Positions 13,810-26,539 of a stretch of DNA of 64,000 nt are shown piece after piece. Position 1 is the stretch's first letter, and each line of letters starts with the position of its first letter. Under the pieces are notes generated by a model, which saw only the letters and a program-made list of their open reading frames with translations, was not told where the DNA came from and did not search any database. This DNA comes from Octopus vulgaris. Taxonomy: Eukaryota. The stretch covers positions 68,262,001 to 68,326,000 of the forward strand of contig OX597823.1 of the NCBI GenBank assembly GCA_951406725.2. Direction: 5' to 3'. The translations under genes and the position numbers were made by a program.

Positions 13810-13910
13810 TACATATATAAACATATATACATATTTGTATACATACATAAACATATACACACTTATGGAAACATATACACACTTATGGAAGCATACACAC
13901 ACATATATAA
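13405..13910. repeat. Compound (TA)n/(TG)n/(TACA)n low-complexity region
   Basis: Read directly; it is the source of the YIYI-type ORFs. Confidence 0.95.
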
Positions 13911-14397
13911 ATGATTTTATTGTAATTATTTCCTTTTATTTATATTCAATGATACAATTGTTCATACAATATTCCTTCCATTTATTTTTCCTGTCAGCAA
14001 TACTTTACTTCATTAACTTACAACTACTGCTAAATGATCATTATGTGTAGGCTCATTCAAGGCCATATTGTTTTTGTTATACAGTATGCTTTTACTCAGA
14101 TAATCACATTTCTATTTTAAAATGATTTTGACAAGTAATACCTTAAATCCATCGGTAATAATTTTGTCAAGGATATCTTTTTGAAGAGAGTGACATTTTT
14201 CTGCTTTAATTAATCTTTTGGGATTAAACAATACAATATATAAACTTTCATTAATACAAACAAAGACAAATTTTTGTAGAAATTTCAACCTCTGTTCATT
14301 TAAAACTTAAGCTATCTTAAAACTTATTTCCAGAATTTTTAAAAAGATTGTTTTGGTAAAGCAATTAACCTGTAGGATGTATGAACAATATGTATAT

Positions 14398-14720
14398 ATT
14401 CTTTTATTCTTTTACTTGTTTCAGTCATTTGATTGCAGCCATGCTAGAACAAATTTAATTGAACAAATTGACCCCAAGACTTATTCTTTATAAGCCTAGT
14501 ACTTATCCTGTTGTTCACTTTTGCTGAACCCCTAAGTTACAGGGATGTAAACACACCAACACTGGTTGTCAAGCAATGGTGGGAGACAAACAGAGACACA
14601 TACAAATATATATATACGATGGGCTTCTTTCAGTTTCCGGCTACCAAATCCATTCACAAGCCCCAAGGCTATAGTAGAAGACACATGCCCAAGGCACCAC
14701 GCAGTCAGACTGAACCACTC
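14398..14720 (-). mobile_element. SINE family A (CORE-type tRNA SINE)
   Basis: The minus strand has the CORE-like GTGCCTTGGGCATGTGTCTTCTACTATAGCC and the tail TGACTGAAACAAGTAAAAGAATAAAAG. Confidence 0.9.
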
Positions 14721-14724
14721 CTGT

Positions 14725-14767
<43 letters not shown>

Positions 14768-15061
14768 ACTTCTAATTATCAATTTCAAATTCGTTTTTTG
14801 CTCATCCCCATACAGCTTCATGTAATTCAATTATCTTTATTATTTTATGTTCTTTGTCTTCATCAAGAAACATATTTGCTCATGCACATACCAAAATCTG
14901 TTTGACCCCTAATATGCATCTAGTTATATTATCATTATTTGTCTTTTCCCTTTCTATTTGTCTTTTTTTTCGTAGCTCTTACAGATATAATGAAGTGCAG
15001 ATATTTTACAATTTTTCTATCCAACTCATACCAGTATAAAACAATATCTACTCACTTAATG

Positions 15062-15247
15062 TATTCTTTTATTCTTTTACACGTTTCAGTCATTTGACTG
15101 CTGCCATGCTGGAGCACTTCCTGGGTCAAACAAATTGACCCTAGGACTTATTATTTGATCTCTTTTGCTGAACCACTAAGTTTCAGGGGACATAAACACA
15201 CCAACATCAGTTTTCAAGTCATGGTGGAGGGACAAACTCAGACACAA

Positions 15248-15309
<62 letters not shown>

Positions 15310-15462
15310 GAAAGGCTTCCTTCAGTTTCCAACTACCAAATCCACTCACAAGGCTCTGGTTAGCTCGAGGATATAGTAGAAGACACTCGCTCAAGGTGCC
15401 ACGCAGTGAGACTGAACATAGAACCATGTGGCTGGAAAGCAAGCTTCTTACCACACCGCCAT
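15062..15462 (-). mobile_element. SINE family A, full length with internal (TA)n
   Basis: Head GGCGGTGTGGTAAGAAGCTTGCTTTCC, CORE-like CACCTTGAGCGAGTGTCTTCTACTATA and the family tail. Confidence 0.9.
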
Positions 15463-16639
15463 GATTAAGCATATGAGGAAGAATAATTAAGTCCTAATCC
15501 AACACATTCTCCTGTACATAATGATTCTCACAAATTTATTCTGACCATGTCGTTTCATTGAAATATTATCACAATGATGGTGTTCTACTATATGTAGGAT
15601 TGTATGATGGTAGATTAAGAAAACCTATCTGAGTAATAAAACAATTGTCATACAAAACCATCACATACAGTTACCAGACACAGCAAGTTCATAAGTGAAC
15701 TAAAGCAATATTCTGTTGAGTTGATAAATCAAGAATGAAACTTTTGGTTATCAATTGAATTCACATAAAATCTATAAATACTCATATTTTCACCACAGGA
15801 TTTATAAATGTTTTAGAGTGAATTATATATAAAGATATATGCAAAAACAAAGTTTCAGAATAAGGAAAAGAGTTCTTCCATTTGTATACTCAAGCAAGCA
15901 TATCTGTTTTTGTAATATGTGTTCCATATTTTTGTGAATGCATGTGTGCTTAATGTGCTTTTGTCACTTTTTAAGCTAATATGAAAAAACTGAATCGAAA
16001 AGCATTTGTTTTAAATGTTTTATAATTTAAGGTTTCAGTATCATTTTTATCATTATATGTCATGATGATTTTCTAAGATATAAATTAACATTTTCAGATT
16101 TGAAATTATTTAAAAACAAAATTAAATCATTCCAAAGAATTGAGTTATGTACACAAAGTTTAAAGTTAAAAAGTAATGATATTTCTTGTTGCACATTATC
16201 TAATTTATAACCATAATTACAGTAGTCGTTAAATGAAGTTTGGAAATTAATTAATATTTAATTCAACTATATTCAGTAGAACATTTGTTAAGAATTATTG
16301 TCTGGAGATTTTTAGTACAATATTGTAGAAAAGTACATCGTTTTTATCTATTCATTTTTGGACAGCTACAAATAGACATACAAGGAGGAGGAGAATCATA
16401 TTAATATAGGATGTAATGAAACAGTTTGATATAGTGCTGCGACTCATCAGAAATGTATAAGATTTAGGATATCAGCATTTGTTATAGTCAGCTGGAGTTG
16501 ATAAGCATATACCAGATAAAATGTTGAGATTTTCAAGTGAAAGCATATGTATTATTTTTCCTTTTATATTTGGAAACAAAGTGAGCATATTATCATTTAG
16601 AAGGAATTGATGATGAACATTACAATTAAGTTTTGTATC

Positions 16640-17530
16640 ATGTTATTCTTTTACTGATTTCGATCATTGTACTGTGATGATTTGGGGACACCAACATCTT
16701 CAAGAGTCTAGTCAATCATATTGAATCCAGGAATACCTTTATTTGTCTAACCACTGAATTACAAGACATTAGGAAACCCAACACCAGTTTTAATAATAAG
16801 TGTAAACATAAGCACACACACACACACACACACACAATTGATTAGCATATCCAAGTGAAAATCAAATCAAATCAAATCAAATCAAACCAAATCAAAATAG
16901 ATGAACATCAATGAAATTTGTATCCTTGTGGTACCAGTGCCAGTGGCACATAAGAAAACCATCCGAACGTGGCCGTAGCCAGTACCGCATCGACTGGCCT
17001 CCGTGCTGTGGGCACGTAACAAACACCATCCGATCGTGGCCGTTCGCCAGCCTCATCTGGCACCTGTGTCGGTGGCACATAAGAAAACACCATCCGAGCG
17101 TGGCCATCTGCCAGCCTCGTCTGGCACATAAAAAACACCATCCGAGCGTGGCCGTCTGCCAGCCTCGTCTGGCACCTGTGTCGGTGGCACATAAAATCAC
17201 CCACTACACTCTTGGAGTGGTTGGCGTTAGGAAGGGCATCCAGCTGTAGAAACACTGCCAGATCTGACTGGCCTGGTGCAGCCTTTGGGCTTGCCAGACC
17301 CCAGTTGAACCGTCCAACCCATGCTAGCATGGAAAGCGGACGTTAAACGATGATGATGATGATCCTATATGTGGGTGCATGTTTCTATGGTTTCTGTGAA
17401 CAAAATTCCACTCAAAAGGCATTGTTCAGTTCAAAACTACAATGTAAAACACTTGCCAAAGGAACTACTACATGTGTTAGGTTTGAACCAGGAATGATGT
17501 GGTTGCAAGGCAATCTTCTTCTTAACTGCA
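16640..17530 (-). mobile_element. Old SINE family A copy split by a younger insertion
   Basis: The tail at about 16640-16830 and the head at about 17370-17530 (ACACTTGCCAAAGG..TTTGAACCAGGAA) flank the family C element. Confidence 0.65.
16895..17362 (+). mobile_element. Young SINE family C element with internal tandem repeats and (GAT)n tail
   Basis: CpG-rich, with four units related to CACCATCCGAGCGTGGCCG. It contains GAGTGGTTGGCGTTAGGAAGGGCATCCAGCTGTAGAAAC, ends GGACGTTAAACGATGATGAT and is preceded by (ATCAA)n. Confidence 0.9.
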
Positions 17531-18319
17531 TGATGTACAAATGACATGCTAAGTTTATACAAAATCCTCAATACTCCAGTTTATCCTTAGACAATATGTC
17601 TGAAAGCAGAGAAATAAAACTTGCCACTACAAATACAAACTAATGTAAATCAGTATCAAAAAGCATATTTGTATGTTTAACATGTGCATAAAGCAAATAC
17701 TTTTGCTTAGATTAATATTTGTGTTATAACTCTAAATATTTCAGCAAGTTGTGTTCTTGACATACAATAAAATTAACGCATTCAGTCTGAAAATACCTCT
17801 GTAAATAATTCTACAGATAGATTAAATATTTTAAATACAGAATGTTTTATGTACAATGTTGTGCTTTTTTGTGTCAATTTACTTGCTTATTATGCTCAAT
17901 ACGATTCTTCATAATTTACTATAAAAAAACAAATAAGAATTACACACACAAATGGCTTGACACACACATTCACAATATACACGCAACATTATATATATAT
18001 ATAGTGCTGCATGTATATTGCATATGAGTGTGTCAAGTGGTTTGTGTGTGTAATTCTAAGTTTTTAGAAAGTAAATTATACATATATATATATATAGTGA
18101 GAGAGAGAGAGAGAAAGAGAAAGAGAGAGCCAGACAGACAAACTGATAGATAGATATAGATAAGAGCAAAAAATCAAAGGACAGTGATCCCTTTAGAAAC
18201 AGACCATATTTTAATGTCTGTTGAATATATTCATTTAACTCGGAGTATTGAGAGTAATAAGTATTCCTTTATACAAACAAACAAAATGTAAAAATGATGT
18301 GTTTAATACAATAAAAATG

Positions 18320-18530
18320 ATTCTTAACATTGGTATTAAGGACATATGCTTTTGGTGGAGGGGGTACATTTAATTAAACCAACCCTTGTGTATTATAAGT
18401 ACTTATTTTATTTATTCTGAAACCTAAAAGGCAACGTTGCTCTTGCTAGTATTTGAACCCAAATCCTAAATGAACAGAACTAAATAACAAAATAAATTTT
18501 GTCCAAATTATTTCTGATTTTGCTAGCCTA
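18320..18530 (-). mobile_element. SINE family B, decayed
   Basis: GTACTTATTTTA..AAAGGCAA..ATTTGAACCCA matches family B. Confidence 0.55.
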
Positions 18531-20096
18531 AATGATATTATATACACTATAAATCATGAAGATGATGATTATAAATACTAAATCTGAAAAAAAAAATCCT
18601 TTGAAAATTATATAGCAAATCTTAGTTTTAATATGGGTTGCTGATACATTATACTGAGAATCCAATCTGTTCATAATTTCATATATCATAAAAAAAATGT
18701 TAACTAATACTCGTAAGAAGGAAGAGTAGAAAATTCTCTTGTAATATTTTTTATTATTCTTTTTAATGAACAAACCCAAGAATATGTATTCATATCAAGC
18801 AACCTAAACACTATACAATATCAATAGAAAGAAAATTTATATGCCAGGCATTGTGTGATATTCCTGAAACATGAGAAATCCAGATAATTTTGTTAACTTC
18901 AAGCACCTGTTTGGCGAATTTCCAACTTAAATTCTAGATCAGTTCTTTATTTTTTAACAGAAATTTATATTTGTTCTTTGTTTTACATAGAAGCTTCTGT
19001 CTGTCTGTTGGTCTGTCTACCTCTCAGTCTGGTTGTCTATCTGTCATCCATCCATTCATACCTTAATTAAATTTATTGTAAATGACAGAGAAACAAAATA
19101 GTGCCTGTAGTGAAATGAAACTGAATTAACAGATATATATCTTTTTTTATTAGCTTTTAAATGGTTTAGGCCATTCCACATACTGCTATTTCAGTGCACT
19201 TATATACTACAGGCTGAACCATAATGTTGATAAAGTGGATTATACGAATTCTGCTTAATACACATTTTTGTTTAATATGAGGAACAAAGTTGATGACATA
19301 ATGTAATACTGAACAAATCTTGCATCTCTAGAGAAAAGAGTCTTTTTTTATATGCTTTATATATTGCCTGAGAGGTAATATAATATTAAAAAAGAAGCCA
19401 TTAGAAAATGGATACTAACCCTGAGTTAACAAAGCAATATTAGACTTAAACCCATTAATGAGCAATAGCAATTTTGTTATTAACTATAATTTCTTAATTA
19501 GGGTTGACAACAGAGAAATAGGGGAAAAAGAAATGAAAGAAGTTATACCTTTGATGGCTTTTCCTAGGGAATTAATGCAGTAACTGAAATGGTTTGAACT
19601 TTTAATCAAATTTATCCTAGCAACTGTATTTATTTCATTAGTAGAACTAACGATGACAATGATGATGATGATGATGGGAATTATGATGCATGATGCAGAT
19701 ACTGAAGTGGCTAGTGTCATGTTATGGTATGTTAGCCAATGGTTATTTAATAGATGATTTTTGCTTGGCATAAGGTTAATAGTGTGAGAGGGTGGGATCA
19801 TCCTTATTATCATTTTATGGCTACTTCAATGCTGACATGGGTCAAATTATAATTAATATAATATACATAAGTCTCACTGGTACTTCATTTATCCTGGTCA
19901 TATCAAAATTTAAAAATATGAAGCACCAAACTAAATAGTATAAAACATTTTGGCTAGCTACCTACCCTTTCACTCATCCCTATTTTGATAAAACAATTGT
20001 TATATTATTCCCATTGGTAGTGTATACAGATATAATGCTGCATTGTTGAATGGAATGATATTTTGTGGTAGAATATTTTATAGTGTGGTGGTGTAT

Positions 20097-20330
20097 AGGT
20101 GGTGAAATGGCAGAGTTGTTAGAATGCCAGATAAAATATTTTGTGATATTTGTTCCAGCTCTCTGCACCTCAAGTTCAAATCTTATGGTCAACATTATCA
20201 AATGTCATTTCAGGGTTTATAAATAAATAACAGTTAAGTGCAATAAATTGGTAGAATTGTTAGAGCATAGGGAAAACAGCACTGTATTATGCACTTTGAT
20301 TCTTTGTGTTTTGAGTTCAAATTCCACATT
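20097..20330 (+). mobile_element. Two decayed family B SINE heads
   Basis: GGTGGTGAAATGGCAGAGTTGTTAG..AAGTTCAAATC and TTGGTAGAATTGTTAGAGC..GAGTTCAAATTCC. Confidence 0.6.
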
Positions 20331-21022
20331 GGAATTGAAATCCTACCAATGGTTATGTTATTACCCCTCACACACTGAGAGGAGGTATCATGAAAGAGCA
20401 TGACAAATTGCAGGACCTGCATCTTGCTACAGTTGGACAAGCCTCTTGTTGTCTTAATGCAGTAGAGTCATGAATACAGAGGCTTCAAAAACTAACCAAT
20501 AGAGAAATCAATCTCTCAACTCTTTCTACTCACTACTCAAACTAACAAATAGCCTCAGGGTTTTATGAATCTTGGAAGCCTCCTCAACAAAAGAGTAAAA
20601 CCACTATGGATGATGACAAGGTTGTACAGTATTGTGACATGTAATATTCAATAGCATTTTGTTACATAATATAAAATATTAAGGTTTATGAGAGGTTAAC
20701 AAAATGTAATATTGTATAAGTAGTATAATGTGGCTTAGTTATATAGTACACTTCAGGTAAAACAAAAATGTATGAACGATTTTACAAATAAAAATAGATG
20801 CTGTCATGGTCTAATATAATGATAAGACAAATACAAATATGAATGTAAAATTGACAAAAGAATTTCTATTCTTATCCAAACTGTTTATACAATATATTCT
20901 CTGATATACAAAAACATCTTGGAAATTACAAGAACATTATTAACAAGAATACTAGCAGTATTATTCTGTATATTTGTTTGTAATGAAGTATCTTCTCCAA
21001 AATAATGTCAAAATCTTACTAC

Positions 21023-21109
21023 CTGTGTACTTTGCTGGGGTGGATGTACAGTTACTGGGAGTAAAATTATTTTCTTAAATTCCAGTGTATTTCCTTGATT
21101 ATTATTCAT
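21023..21109 (-). CDS. Candidate first coding exon MNNNQGNTLEFKKIILLPVTVHPPQQSTQ
   Basis: ATG at 21109 with an in-frame TGA two codons upstream. Two phase-0 donors are possible: CAG|gtagta ending at 21023, or GTA|gtaaga ending at 21020. The phase fits the 10551 exon. Confidence 0.45.
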
Positions 21110-21556
21110 CCTTCATGAAGATGCTACTAAACATCCACTGAAATACTGTGCTTAGAAATTTCTATAAAGTCATTTAATTCCTGAAATACTAAATCCAGAA
21201 CTATATTAAGAAAAATCAACAACTATATTGGATTACAAAACTTCTTTGCAAATGATACAGTCATCTGAAGTAGCAACACAAAAATACCAAAAATATAGAA
21301 AGAATTTAAAAAAACGAAGAAAAATATCAATCCCGTCACACTTCCCTTCCTATAAATTAAGATAATGCACATGAAAACTCTATACTGTCAGTCGATTCGT
21401 ATTTCCTGAAATCCATTACAAATATAGAATGACATTTTAGTATCAACATTCTTATGTAATTTATTAATGAACTCTATATGATAAAATAAGAAATCTGTTA
21501 ATAATAATATGTGCATATATATGTGTGTATGTGTGCGTGTGTGAGCATGTGTGCAC

Positions 21557-21591
<35 letters not shown>

Positions 21592-23179
21592 CAGTATTAA
21601 CAAACAAGAAAAAGTCTTAAAATAGTAGGTTAGAAACAACAAGAAAGTAACCTAAATATTGATTATATAGTTATTTAAAAAAAAGAAATATTTGAAAATG
21701 TAAATGAAAGTACAAATAATTCAATTATCATTTCATTTTATATCCATATATTTAACTTAATCTGACAGCTCTAGAAATTCACATATATTCTTGAAATCAT
21801 TGGTTGTATGTAACTGTTTCAATGTTTTACTTAGCATAATTGTTAAGCTTGTCAAAAGAAAAATGTGTCTGGAATAGTGTGATAAATAGAACTGATTGTC
21901 TTTTTATCATCAAAAGTATCTATTAGTGGTTTATTATAACTAAAAGAATTTTTCAATACTATTATACACTTGAATACATGACTTATAAAGCAGCACAAAT
22001 GATAAAATTGTGGTTTCAAAAGTAAAGAAGCAATTACACTAAACAAATTTTGCAATTTTCATATAATTTACATAATTGATCTATTGTTTTCCACTTATCA
22101 ATATTTACAAGTAAAATATGTTTCACTAGAAGATGCAAGTGGTATAGTTAACAGATCAGATGTGTAACTTGTAGTTGTTTGTACTTGATTACAGCATGTT
22201 GTACAATCAATTTCCTGCAGATTTATTACACATAAGCCATACTCAAAACTTTTATGCAAAATTATCATTAATACTGAGATAAGGTCAATCCCAGATCAAG
22301 AACATACACACACACACACACACACAAGCATGCACACTTACAAAACATGACAATTCTTCCAACTTATGAAAATGAAGAGCAAGCTATTTGAAACTTAGTA
22401 GTTTAATAAAAAGAAAAGATGAAGTTAATAATCTAAAATGTTATTCCATGATGCAAAGATGTCGTAGAGCTTTCCAACATTGTTTTTTTTTTTTAATAAT
22501 ATATTTATTATTGAGAAAAACAATCTTTTGCTGGCTTAGGAGAAAAGAGTGATCAACTAAATATTGAACTGAAGTGAACGTAAAAGAAAACAATATTAGA
22601 AACTGCAAACAGTATTAACTTGCTTAAAAGTAGATTTCCACAGAGACTGATCTAAATAGAAAGAAAATGGAAAAGAAGAATATCATGGAACTGAATCTTT
22701 TCCTTTCTATTTCAATCATTATGATGTAATTCTTCTATTTCCAGGCATGACATCAAAATTTAAAATAATATATATACACAGAATATTGTCATGTTACAAA
22801 ACTGATTAAAACACGTGGAAAATGTTTTATGCTTACTTTGCAAATGAATTACAGATATTGAATTTAATTTTAAACATTCTTCACTGATCGTTCCTTTTGT
22901 TGTTCTTAGATAGTTATTGTGATTAGCGATTACTACAAAATATATTAGACAAGAATGTGCTACAAAGATTACTGTAACTTTTTTACTTATATGATAATGA
23001 AGTCTGGATTTTTAAAGAAGGACTTATCTATTTGCAACCAGATAACTATTAATGCTTCTGTTGCTTACTGTAAGTTTTATCCCATATTTTTTAAATTGAA
23101 AATGATTATGAGATATGAAATAGACATGAAATCTAAATCTTCGGAGATTAAGCAAGTGATGATTTCAAGTATTTAAAAT

Positions 23180-23355
23180 AATGGTTTCAAATTTTGGCAC
23201 AAAGCCAGTAAGTTTGAGGGAGGGGGCAAGTGAATTATATTGACCCCAATACTCAACTTATATTTATTTTATCAACCTTGAAAGGATGAGAGGTAAAGTG
23301 GATCTCAGCAGAATTTGAACAAAGAATGTAAAGGCAGATGAAATACCAGCTTGCT
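23180..23355 (-). mobile_element. SINE family B
   Basis: GGTTTCAAATTTTGGCACAAAGCCAG..GAAAGGATGAGAGGTAAAG..GAATTTGAAC. Confidence 0.8.
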
Positions 23356-24073
23356 GTTTTTAAAATATTTAAAATAATAACAAATATTTGTAGAAGCAAC
23401 AAAATAGTTTATAAACCATGATATCTAGTAAGGGACTTCATGGTGATTGACGAGTATCAATTATAAAGAATCGTTCAAACTATTTCAAACAATATAGTAA
23501 CCACAGAATTGAAATTTTACCCAAAAGTTACTTTATAACATAGCTTTTGTGAAATTCACTTATTATTTAACTACCATTTTATTAATAACTTTAGTCAACC
23601 AATAAACTATAAAGATTGTAGATTCCATAGACATAATCTGATTTCTGATCGCTTGTTTAAGTGTTTTACTGGTAATTAGGTTTATTAACATAAAAACACA
23701 AGGCTTCTGAACAGTTCACCAATTAAACATGCTTCCATATCCTGCCTCTGTATGCCATGGATATCACTGGTATATACTTCAAGGGTTTAGTAGCCAATAT
23801 CTTTGGAGCATACAGTTATGTGTCAAATGTGTAAAAATGAATACCATTCTATAATATAGCTGATGTATGTATTCAAAACACAATCTTTCAACGAAAATGT
23901 GTTTCATGTTTGATGCTGATAACAATGGATTTGATATGACATTGAATAAGTTCAAATTCCCTTTAATAATGAATAAGACTATCTTTGATGAAATAAAGTA
24001 TTTGAATGTCTTTTTATTCTATAACTAGTTTCAGTTATTGGACTGTGGTCATACTTCCCCAGTCAGTTATATA

Positions 24074-24289
24074 CTTTTCAACTCTAAGGCACAAGGCCCA
24101 AAATTTTTGGGGAAGTGGGGCTAGTTAACTAGATCAACCCCAATAAGCAACTGGTATTCAATTTATCAACCCAAAAGGATGAAAGGCAAAGTCAACCTTG
24201 GCGGAATTTGAACTCAGAACGTAAAGACAGATGTAATATCGCTAAGCATTTCGCCTGGCAAGCTTACGTTTCTGCCAGCTCACCACCTT
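24074..24289 (-). mobile_element. SINE family B, full length with a perfect 16-bp TSD
   Basis: TSD CCCAGTCAGTTATATA at 24058-24073 and 24290-24305. Head and core are intact. Confidence 0.92.
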
Positions 24290-24662
24290 CCCAGTCAGTT
24301 ATATAACTCCAGAGCTTTGGTACTTATTTATTAACATTAGAAAGAGGAAATGTAAAGTTGGCCAGGGTATGGTATAAACTCTCAATAACAATCAAATAGT
24401 GTAAAGTTGTATGTCTAACACTCTATCAAAGCTACAGATCTGCCACATTATGCTTATGATGACAAATACCTGGATTTTCTTCATATGGTGTGCATGTCAT
24501 GTCTATAACCAAGACACTTGGAAATGTTTGCCTACATCTATGTATTATATGAAAATGTGTCTAAATTTTAGCTGATATTTTTTTTTACATGCGACATGGT
24601 TCCAAAAGGATGGAAAGAGGATAAATGTATGACATTTATAACAAAGTAGTAGTGGTAACAGT

Positions 24663-25312
24663 AATAATCCTTTCCATTATAGGCACAAAGCCTGAAATTT
24701 GGTGGAGGGAGATAATCGGTTATATTGACCCCAGTACTCAACTGATACTTATTTTATCAGCATGGCATTGTTGAAAGGCAAAATCTACTTCAGCAGAATT
24801 TGAACTCAAGACATAAAGATGGACTAAATACCACTAAGCATTTTCCTGGCATGATAACAATACTTTTTTACTCTAGGCATAAGACCTGAAATTTTGGGGA
24901 GATGGGCCAGTCGATTAGATCAACCCCAGTAAGCAACTGGCACTTAATTTATCGACCCCGAAAGGACGAACGGCAAAGTCAACCTTGGCAGAATTTGAAC
25001 TCAGAATGTAAAGACAGATGAAATACTGCTAAGCATTTCACCTGGTGTGCTAATGTTTCTGCCAGCTCACTACCTTAGGGATAGTAATAATAATAATAGT
25101 AATTGCTTTTAATTTTAGCACAAGGCCAATCATTTTTAAGGAAATTGGGGTTAGTAAATACCACTTTCCCCCAATACATGACAAATAATGTATTTTATCA
25201 ACCTGGGAAAGACAAAAAGCAAAATTGACATTAGTTGGATTTGAACTCAAAATGTAACAAACTAGAGAAATATTGCAAGATGTTTTTCCAACCAGCAATT
25301 CTACCAATCTGC
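24663..25312 (-). mobile_element. Three tandem family B SINE copies
   Basis: Units at about 24663-24860, 24862-25077 and 25100-25312, each with AAAGGCAAA..GAATTTGAACTCA-like motifs. Confidence 0.85.
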
Positions 25313-26029
25313 CAGAAATGCACAGCGTTACTGATGGTCATTTTGTTTTCTTAAGATATGCTAGTACATAGGAGAACACAGCAACAATGAGATGAAAGAT
25401 GTGACAAATAAAAGAAATGGATTTGAATGTTGTTGAAAGTTACTTTCAGACTATCATAAATGCATTTATACCATACAGGCAATGAATCAATATTGATAAA
25501 AAATATAAACATATACAATTTGCACTGTGCAATGAATAGCAGATGTTAAAAAACTTATTCATCAATGTGGACAATATGAACACAAAGAATACTAGTAAAC
25601 AAATTTAAAAATCAGTGCTGTGAGTACTACAGTTTATTTGAAGGCACTGTAAACAGGGGAGATTATGTTAGTGATGTAATTATGATATAATTAATAATGA
25701 CTGTAATGTTACTGTTACTAATCTATATAATATGTCTATGTTAATAATGTAGACATTACAACTTCTGACAACAAGTTTCTTCAGTAGCATCAAAATTCCT
25801 GCTGTAGTTGAAATTTGGCCACTTCAATAGAAGTTGAACAAGAAGATGATGACACATATATCAACAGCGTGCTAAAGACCATCAGTTGTAGACATGTTTT
25901 ATAGGCCTTCTCTTACAGAGAAACAAAGATTTGGGGTCACTATCAGTGATGTACAGAGAAATAACAACATTATGGTACCCAATTCTATTACCCATTTAAT
26001 TTCCTTTATGCTTGCATATTCAATAGAAT

Positions 26030-26450
26030 AAACTATAGAGTATTAAATAAACAATGTATCATTATAAAAGATAGAAGTTGCCAACATAGAATAGACAGAA
26101 TATAGCCCTTCTAGAAATATTACCAAAAATATGTATTGTATAATTAAACATAGTATAAACAATGAACAAACACTACAAACACTCAAATGTATAAAAATAC
26201 GAAAACATCTGCTTTAAATAATAGATTAAAACAATATATCATTAGAGAAGGACGCTATTCTGATATTTACATTTTGGAAACAACCAACACAATTTTTATA
26301 GGACAATACACAGCAATAATATAGACGGTATGGTACCCACTAAAGAGACATTAGAAACATTTTGGAAATTAACTTTTGAAAAGAAGCTGAATATAAGAAC
26401 AATAGCTGGTTAGAAAAGTGAAAGTGTACTGCAGCAACAGAAATCAAAAA
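26030..26450 (+). mobile_element. Decayed R4/Dong LINE fragment (region N-terminal to the RT)
   Basis: Frameshifted RLKQY..F.NNQ..FYRTIH..DGMVPTKETLETFWK..EAEYKNNSWLEK matches the R4 pattern F..NQ..FYR...P..E...FW....WL. Confidence 0.55.
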
Positions 26451-26539
26451 CTAAAAGCATTCCAGTATGTGATTTGAGATTTAATTTACATAGCTTCAGA
26501 AACCAGAGATTTTTATGACACTGATAACATTCATAACTT

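Noticed and set aside
16892-17330. GC-rich ORFs of 102-140 aa on both strands, and a CRISPR-like look of repeated units
   Set aside because: They lie in a SINE with tandem internal units. The intervening sequences are related to each other rather than unique spacers, there are no cas genes and the context is eukaryotic.
17545-17620. Strong minus-strand acceptor ttttatttctctgctttcag
   Set aside because: No good donor follows and all frames stop within about 15 codons.
18700-18880. Possible minus-strand short exons (EYHTMPGI*, LLDMNTYSW..)
   Set aside because: Acceptor-like signals only, early stops and no recognisable homology.
20330-20610. Possible CR1/Jockey-type LINE 3' remnant
   Set aside because: Only faint motif traces, too decayed to support a call.
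21388-21420. Minus-strand ttcag|EIRID* as a terminal exon
   Set aside because: Five codons and no supporting evidence. It could at most be a 5' UTR acceptor.
23730-23835. Frame FHILPLYAMDITGIYFKGL resembling an SLC5 symporter motif
   Set aside because: Bounded by stops, with no splice acceptor, and the similarity does not extend.
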